DNA of 29,768 nucleotides from Perkinsus olseni (Eukaryota): NCBI GenBank assembly GCA_013115125.1, contig JABANN010000056.1, positions 62,001 to 91,768 of the forward strand, read 5' to 3'. Shown piece by piece: positions 22,218 to 29,768 of this stretch (position 1 is its first letter; each line of letters starts with the position of its first letter). The notes under the pieces were generated by a model. It saw only the letters and a program-made list of their open reading frames with translations, ran no database searches and was not told where the DNA came from. The position numbers and the translations under genes were made by a program.

Positions 22218-24091
22218 TCAAAATACAAACTTAGCTTTCTTTTTTAGAATGATAATAGCTGCTACTCTCATCACAACGAGCAGAGCAAAAGTGACACCCA
22301 AATAGAGGCCAAGGAGGCCAGGGTCGATGTTCTGCTGGTCATTAATAACGTCAAAGTCGTCACCGAATTCAATCAAGTAGGTGATATTGACACCGTACTT
22401 GAGGAAGCATACGTACTGCAACCAACGCAGCCACACAGGTATGTTTTCAATAGGAGTAAAGATGCCACCGAATAGGATCTGCGGCACCGTCAGCAGGGGT
22501 AGGACTTGAATGGCCTGAGCAGCTGAATTACAGGCGGATCCGAGCACTTGAGCGAGAGATGAAGCACATAAATTAATGAGCCACAACGTGAGGACCCAGA
22601 GCATGAAGCTTCCTTGGAGATCCATCAGCCAGTACGTGATTATCATGAGGAATAAAGAGTCCCCAAACGAAAGTGGAAGCTCCACAAGAGTCTTCGATAC
22701 GACGTAGGGCACGGCCGAGTACATATTAGAGGCGTACTCGCGCAGAAAGATACCACGCTCAGCCGGGTACGCCAGAACGGCTGTCTGCGCAGATCCCATC
22801 ATGGCCATGATGTTCAAAGCGACGATGGCACCGAAGTAGCTTTGGAACTCAGAGGCGTTGGCCAGCCAGTAGTCCTGATCCTGAGTCTCACCGACGTCGA
22901 AGAAGATGAGGGCGAACATCAAGCCGAGGACCAAGAGTATCATATACCGCATAATGAGCACCACAGGGTTCCTTATCGTATCCAACACCTCTCTATAGAA
23001 CAGCTCTCGGAACTGCACCATGAGGCTAGCCCGACCGGGACGGGAGGTGTCCGTGGCGAGCTCCTTGTGAGTTTGTCTGATAGTATTAATCGTGGGGACA
23101 ATATCTTCCTCTGCGCTCTTCGCATAAGCCGATACCAACTTCTGGATGGTCTCCTGAGGCTCCGTTTGCAGGGCGAAGAGTACGAAGTCCGCAGGGTTGA
23201 AGTTGGGCGGACACCTCAGTCCAGCATATTTGTCAAAAAACTCAGTAACCCTCGAGGTCTTGCCATAGTAGACCATCTCGCCAGCAGACAGTATCATGAC
23301 ATTATCGAAAAGCTGGTAGATTTCACTGGAAGGTTGATGGACGGTGACCATAACCGGGACACCACTCTCAGCCAGCTCCTTGAGGACAGTTACGGTAGTA
23401 TAGGCTGCATAGGAGTCAAGGCCCGACAGAGGCTCGTCGAGGAAGATCATGTCTGGCTTAGTGATCAGTTCTACACCAACCGAGGTGCGCTTTCGCTCCC
23501 CACCAGAGATTCCCTTGATGAGCTCGTTACCGACGAGAGTCTCCGAGCAGGATGTCAGACGCAGTGACTCGATTAGGTCTTGGACGAGGTCTTTAACCTG
23601 ATGGGCACAAGAGAATCAAGACGTAATACAGGAATTGATGTCCTTACCTCTTCCTTGGTCATGTCCTGCTTGGCACCTAGACGCAGCTTAGCGGAGAACT
23701 CTAAGATCTCCCGCGGAGTGCTGGTGGCAATGAGAGAGTCGTCTTGCATAACATAGGCGATTCGGCTGCGGAACTTGACAGGCTCGTCGACTTGGCCAGA
23801 GAAGGACACGACGCCGTCGAAGGACTTCCCCTTGCCCTTGGCGCGCTGACGACCGCCAAGGATGTTCATCAATGTCGATTTGCCAGATCCTGAGGGGCCC
23901 AGCACCGCCGTGAGCTCGCCGGGCTTGAGGAGGCCTGTGCAGTCTTTGAGGATGGTCTTGTCTCCGATTTTGAATGTAACATTGTTCCACTCCAAACTGG
24001 AGCCGGAGTGCCTGCACAGTATGAACAGTGAGAATGGCCAGAGCGCTCACGAAGACACGTTCCGCTGGTTATGATAGACCTGAACGCTCAT
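22218..24091 (-). CDS. ABC transporter G family (White-like) half-transporter (exons 24091-24051, 23996-23648, 23597-22218)
   Basis: Walker A GPSGSGKST, Q-loop AYVMQDD, signature GISGGERKRTS, Walker B IFLDEPLSGLD, H-loop TVHQP, NPADF motif, then an ABC2 membrane domain (ERGIFLREY, WLRWLQY). NBD-TMD order. Confidence 0.95.
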
Positions 24092-24724
24092 CGGAAAATG
24101 AAGTCGTGATGGACCTACCCTTGGTGAGCTTCAGATATACACCTGAAAGCCGATGTGCTGTGCTCGAGGTCCTTTGAGTGGAATGGACCAGGAGCTACTG
24201 GCTCAGTGTCTGTCATGGTCATGGACGAGGAAATATCAAACGCTGAGCATGAAATCTTCTGAGGAGCGCAGTGCTTCAGAGGTTGCAGCACTCATCACTA
24301 TTGAGCTACCAGCGAGAGGACAGAGTTGCGCAGCATCATGGACCCGATTTACCACTCTTTACTATTTGCAAGATTCACCATTACCAAGCGGAACGGTCTG
24401 CTTCAAGGGATTCCATCAAACGAACAGCGTTTCGTAGCGGACGCCAAAAATCGCAAGATGTTCCGGTCCCATCTTGCGCCGTTGCAATGCGCGCACGCCC
24501 GCTGAGCGTACAAACAAGCGGTGTCACGATTCACAAGCTACCCAAGCTAGACTTTGGTCCCCGCTGTAGGTTTTCATAGCTGGTCGTTGCATCGTCAGGC
24601 GCTCTTGCGTGGGTGTCGCTAATACGGTTTCATTTGTGGAGGGAAGCCGCTTCCCTAGTGGCCTTATGGCATGCTCAGCCGACCATAGGCAGCGACCCCT
24701 CAGGATTGCTCCCATCCCCAGCTC

Positions 24725-26069
24725 ATGTTGGTAGACAATCCCTTCTCCTCTGGTGAAGTAAAGCCCTTCAAGGGTCCCACGAGGCTACTTCTAGGGCCTG
24801 GCCCTCAGAACGCTCATCCCGAGGTACACGCCGCCATGTCCCTCCCACAGGTAGCATTGGTCTTTCCCATCGACCGTCCTCATTCCACTGCCTTGCACAG
24901 GTTGGTCATATGGACGCCGAATTTCTGGCCATTGTCGAGGACCTGAAGAAGCTCCTTCGTTATGTATGGCAGACTAAGAACACCTTCACTATCCCTGTAT
25001 CGGGTAAGTGCAGCTGGCGTTCCCATCAGGAGACTATCCGATCCGACTGACCGAATGCAAGCATGGTTCTTTCAAGGTACCGGTAGCGCTGCCTGGGAAG
25101 CTGCCATCGCCAACTTGACCGAGGTGGGTGATACTCATCTTATTTTCGTGAATGGTTATTTTGGAGAGCGTGCCTTGGACATGCACAGTCGCTATGGGGC
25201 TAATGTTCAGCACATCAGGAAGCCTTACGGTACAGTGTTCACGCTGGATGAGATACGCGCTGGCCTCGAGGAGCACAAGCCCAAGCTGATGTGGATCTGC
25301 CATGCTGAGACTTCTACTGGCACCAAGCAGCCTATGGACGGCATTGGCAACCTGTGCCGCGAGCACGATTGCCTTCTCCTGCTCGACACAGTCACGTCGA
25401 TCTGCGGTGCCCCTGTGTACCTAGATGAGTGGAAGGTGGATGCGGCATATGCTGGTACTCAAAAATGTATGGGATGCCCTCCTGGTGTCGCCCCTCTAAC
25501 CCTTGGGGACCGGGCCTTGGCTAAGCTCGCCTCGAGGAAGAGCCCGGTAGGAACATCTCTTCGTCTCTGTTCGTATCGCTCACTGATAGGTTCCGAACTG
25601 GTATCTTGACATGACCATGATCAGGAAGTACATCCAGAGTTCTGAAGGCGCCCCGCGAGTTTATCATCACACTGCGCCGATATCCATGATCTACGCTATG
25701 AGGGCTGCCCTGCAGCTGGTGGCCGAGGAAGGTCTCGAGAAGGCCTGGGCACGTCATCAGGCCAATGCCGATTACCTCGTAGCCGAACTTAAAAAGCTAG
25801 GCTTGGAAGTGATGGTGAAGGACGAAGATATCAGACTGCCTAGTCTCACAGCCGTGATGATTCCTCAAGGGGTCGATGGTAGAGCTGTCGTCGTCTACAT
25901 GCGAGAGAAGTTCAATATCGAAATTGGACTCGCTTTGGGAGAGCTCGCTGGCAAAGTGTGGAGGATTGGGCTTATGGGCTACAACTCCCGTAGGGAGATC
26001 GCCAAGGCCTGCGTTGCGGCACTCGCTGAGGCTCTGCAAGCTCAGGACTTCCCGAATGGAAAACTCTAA
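24725..26069 (+). CDS. AGXT: Serine-pyruvate / alanine-glyoxylate aminotransferase (class V PLP enzyme); introns 24851-24900, 25004-25076, 25547-25589
   Basis: Motifs RLLLGPGP, VGHMD, SGTGSAAWEAA, NGYFGER, HAETSTG, LLDTVTS, PLP lysine GTQKC, YHHTAP, WRIGLMG. C-terminus GKL*. The true start may lie upstream of 24725. Confidence 0.93.
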
Positions 26070-26313
26070 GCTTGTTGATACGCTTTTTTATGACATGTCC
26101 CTCGGTTTTTTGAAGAATGTAGATGTTGCGTTCACGAGTGGTATCTTTATGAACACAAGGACAAGCAAACTGGGAAGTTTATGGTTTGGGTTATTGCAGT
26201 GTAGTTCAGTGATGGCAATTGTGAAACGGTGAGTATAATACAAAACAGGCTAAGATATGCCTTTCTAAAGTACTACAACAATCCATTCAGAGCTGCCATT
26301 TGTGGTTAAAGTG

Positions 26314-26407
26314 CATGCTGACGAAAACGATGATGCTGTTCAGCCGAGCTGCTGCCACCGCATGCTGACGAAAACGATGATGCTGTTCAGCCGAGCTGCT
26401 GCCACCG
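26314..26407. repeat. Perfect 47-bp tandem duplication (26314-26360 = 26361-26407)
   Basis: catgctgacgaaaacgatgatgctgttcagccgagctgctgccaccg occurs twice, identical. Confidence 0.97.
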
Positions 26408-28165
26408 TGCCAGGAGGGCCTTTACGGTCTCGTAGGTTCCCCAGCAGGTAGCAGTAGCCGGTATCGAGAGGCAAAATCTAGGCAGCATACCCTGACAAGA
26501 GAGGACATAAGAATCTAGTAGATGGTATTAATATTACTCGGAAGAATCCTCTGAAGCCTTCCTCCATCCAAATGAGCCTAGCAGCAGACGATACAGACCC
26601 GTATCGAGGAGCGGCCTGAAAGCGGCAGGTTGGCGCGTCCATTCAGTAAACAGAAGGACCGACCTGAGGAGCTGCAGGGGCCATGCTAGCCTTGATATTG
26701 TTGAGGTCGATCCCTCGAGCCCTGAGCTTGGCCATTGTGGCTTCTGGTAACTACACAAGGAGCTGTATGCAACAAACAATCGTAGTCATTGTCCGGCCCC
26801 ACTTCAGAAGGGCTAACAAGGAGCTCCCCTGTAGCTGAGACGATTCCCCGAGCTTGTAGGGCAGCGGCCTTCCGAGGACATATCTATGGTGACAGTAAGG
26901 TGACACGAACCTCCCCTTCCGCCACACTACCTTAGGACGCATTTTAGTCTGATCCTTCCGACACAGACAATCCTGTGTTTGCAGACGAGTCTTGATAACG
27001 TCCAGAGGCTGTGTTGTTAGCGACGCAATACCACCTGATACGTAAATCGTGACCGCTTTGCTAATCACCGGGCAAATCCGTTGGGAGATTTAGAGCACTA
27101 TGTCTCCTCCAGAACCCCTCCCAAATGCAAAATGAGACTACAACCTAGAGGTCCACCGTTACTACCAGCTATCCCAGCGGAGGCGAAGTAGGCCGGTAAA
27201 TGGTTGCCATCACCCTCCCCCAAACCCCATACACGCTTCACAGCTTCATTTACAGCGACCTGACGGCGAGTCAGGGTCTAGCAAGAGAGGCCATCAACTA
27301 GGCCGCTCAACCTACTGTGACAGCTCCTTGTGGGGCGTTCATCAGAGCTGTGATAGGGAGCGACCGGAAAAGAGCCACCGCTCCCTCTGTGCGCACCTAG
27401 TGATCATGAGCAGATAACAGACTGACCTCTAGCTGCGTTTTGATTGTAAAGGCGATGCGTCCTCCAGCTACTACCATGCTCTTGACGCAATGGAAGGTAC
27501 CACGGTAACATCCCAGCTGTAGCCTCTGTTTGACGACGTCCATCGGCGTGAGGATGCTGAAGGAATGACGATCACGCACAGGAACTGCAACACAAGAGCC
27601 CTACTACCTATCGTGGGCGAATTGAGCCAAGGCACCACAGAGCAGGGACTTGGGCACCCGATACGCACAGTGCTCGTTTTGAACACCCATCCTGAGACAA
27701 CGACCTCTCCCCACAAGTTCCAGCACAGTACACCCTTACACGTCCTTCAACTTCTCATAGACCGAAAACAAGGCGATGTGGGCAGGGACGCAGCCGGTGG
27801 CAATCGCTCCCCAGCCCCGGATGAAGCCTCTGAGGCCGTACTCTGACCGTACCGACTCCAAAACGGATGATAATCGTACAGTACCACCAGAACCAGAATA
27901 AGCTTGCATGCGAGTCTAATGAAAACGCCTTAGTAACCACAGTGAGCGCGTGTTGACGCACCTTTATAGTGTCTAAAGGGAAGGTGGCAACGTGTTCTGC
28001 TATACCGGCACATGAGCCGGCAATGGCGTGATGAATGAAGGGTATATCGCCCTTCCAGTCCTCCCACTCTAGGGCCTGCTCGATGCTCGATGACGGTACG
28101 TCAGACGACGGAGCCTTCTCTCTTTTTGAGGAAGACGACGAGGAGGAGGGAGAGGCAGAGGACAT
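26387..28165 (-). CDS. Mitoferrin (mitochondrial iron carrier, SLC25A28/37 / Mrs3/4-like); multi-exon
   Basis: HAIAGSCAGIAEHVATFPLDTIK, GCVPAHIALFSVYE, AQFAHDSILTPMDVVKQRLQL, RSLPITALMNAP, TQPLDVIKTRLQTQ, EEGFRGFFRGMLPR...ATCWGTYE. The EH/PAH/HD motifs are typical of mitoferrins. ATG at 28165, stop TGA at 26389-26387. Confidence 0.9.
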
Positions 28166-28615
28166 ATGGCTAACACAAGGAACAGTCACGGAAACTGTAA
28201 CGGTGGAGCGATCAATAAACCCAATTTTTCGCGCAAAAATTGATGCCAGAATCGTCTCCGAATTCCTTTTCTCGGGGGTGTAAAGAGTCTCGTGTGTTGT
28301 TGTCAAGAATTGATGTCATTGACCGCTACGTTCGTCCGGTGCCCCGGTCCTGAGACTGAGGAACGATCCAAGGATGGCTTATCCGCGTAACACAAGGTGG
28401 GAGTGTAGAATGAGGCGGTCCTGATCCTCAGGAATATCGTGTGACGATGATGGTCGAGCCCAGTGCTCTTCGTGGTGATCACCGTTCATCATGAGCTTTT
28501 TCTCTATGTCGCGCGCCACGAAACTATTTTCGTGTAGCGCACGCCCAGCGGCGTACTTTACCCTGGCCGATCGGACAACCCCTTGCAAAGTCCTTCTGGC
28601 CAGTGGCCTTTGCTG

Positions 28616-29768
28616 ATGGCCCCCTTCTTCGCCCTCTCCATAACTGTCACCCTCCTTCTAGCGATCGGTGCTGGTGGAGCCCAACGGCAGCGTATTGGGA
28701 AGGTAGTAGCCGTTGAAGCCTGCTGCGTAGCACATCCCCTTTTACACAAGGACCACACGACACAGCGGCATCATCACCACCACCATGGCTCTAGTGCCTT
28801 CCTCGGCCCAGCGAGGCATCGTCTCGATACAAGGGAGAGGAAGGCTAATCCCAGCAGCACAACGCCGTCCCAGACCAAAGTAGTGCCAACAGGGTAGTAG
28901 AGGTGATATCAACCCGTCCCAGCCTCACACGATGCTACGTCGGAGGAGACCGTCCGTCACGCGAAGCCCCGTCGAGCGGAATTCGTCAAGGTAGTGCTAA
29001 GAAGGGGTCCGTAGTCATGCAAGTGCTCCGATCAGCTCAATGGTCGGCCGGCCTGGCCTAGCTGCTCTTGACGTGTTGCCCAAGCATCGGGGTGTAGTGC
29101 CCGTAGGGTTCGCTCCCCCTACTAAATGGCGTATGAGGCCCACGTCAACAAAGTAGTTACTAGATAGTATTCTGTGCTGTACTATTGATGTCCCCTTCAG
29201 GTTGACCATACTTTATTTCCTCTATACACTCACCATCACCGTCGTCCTCAGCCTCATCATGTGGCTCGCCTACGTCAAGATCCCCTACATCGTGGACGCT
29301 GAGGAGATCGACCGAAAGGGCTATCGTAGTATTAGGGGTACTTTATCAGTGCCCCCTGACTTGATATTCTGCGACCAAGTTAAGCTGTCTCGTGGCGACC
29401 CGAGGACAGTGAGTGTGGTCACTTGCCGCTGCCATCCACGGCGTGACATATCCGTATTGTGATCATCATCGTACCACTCAAAGGTGCTCTCCGATTCAAT
29501 AATCGGCGTCCTCTTGTTTTTGCTATACTCGAGCATGAGCCCAAGCGCATGCCTTGTTGTTGACAATCCCACTGGTGTTGAGTACGGCCATAGTCTATCC
29601 ACAGAGGGGTTGATTGGTGAGGTAGGATCCTCAGTAAGGGCTACAGCCGCCGGTGTGGGAAGTGACTGATTGGGATGACGTCTGTTGTTGCTTTATAGAG
29701 CTGGGCAACCGTACTGGGGTCGAGGAAAGTACGGTACGGAGTACGTTCCAAACTGTCAACTTAGTACG
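28616..29768 (+). CDS. Hypothetical membrane protein (signal peptide, His tract, TM helices), 3'-truncated by the window edge
   Basis: MAPFFALSITVTLLLAIGAGG signal; exon with QRHHHHHHGSS; exon LTILYFLYTLTITVVLSLIMWLAYVKIPY (TM); exon VLSDSIIGVLLFLLYSS. GT-AG boundaries. No family recognised. Confidence 0.55.

Noticed and set aside
22842-23567. 241-aa plus-strand ORF
   Set aside because: Antisense shadow of the ABCG coding exon; no independent motifs.
1-29768. CRISPR arrays, rRNA/tRNA genes, transposase or reverse-transcriptase ORFs
   Set aside because: None seen by eye; no repeat-spacer periodicity or TE protein motifs. Degenerate TE relics in 10.4-11.1 kb and 13.6-14.4 kb cannot be excluded.

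Overview
Eukaryotic, gene-dense genomic DNA with many short (mostly 40-100 bp) GT-AG introns. The gene architecture and a spliced-leader-like 22-mer suggest a Perkinsus-type alveolate (inference). Recognisable genes: the 3' end of a mitochondrial carrier, a paraoxonase/arylesterase, an ABCG half-transporter, a serine-pyruvate/alanine-glyoxylate aminotransferase ending in -GKL, and a mitoferrin. Two regions stand out. First, 8.1-15.5 kb holds a tandem array of five secreted ~190-220 aa genes in two subfamilies, sharing intron phases and a 4-Cys signature; one copy is a pseudogene and one has gained a mini-exon by duplicating an intron. Second, a multi-exon minus-strand gene at 16.2-20.4 kb appears to fuse a type-1 periplasmic-binding (Venus flytrap) domain to an alpha2delta/CACHD1-like Cache-VWA-Cache module. 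A large secreted His-rich/Cys-rich protein (3.6-7.6 kb) and other hypothetical genes are also present. All exon models were built by hand and no database searches were run.
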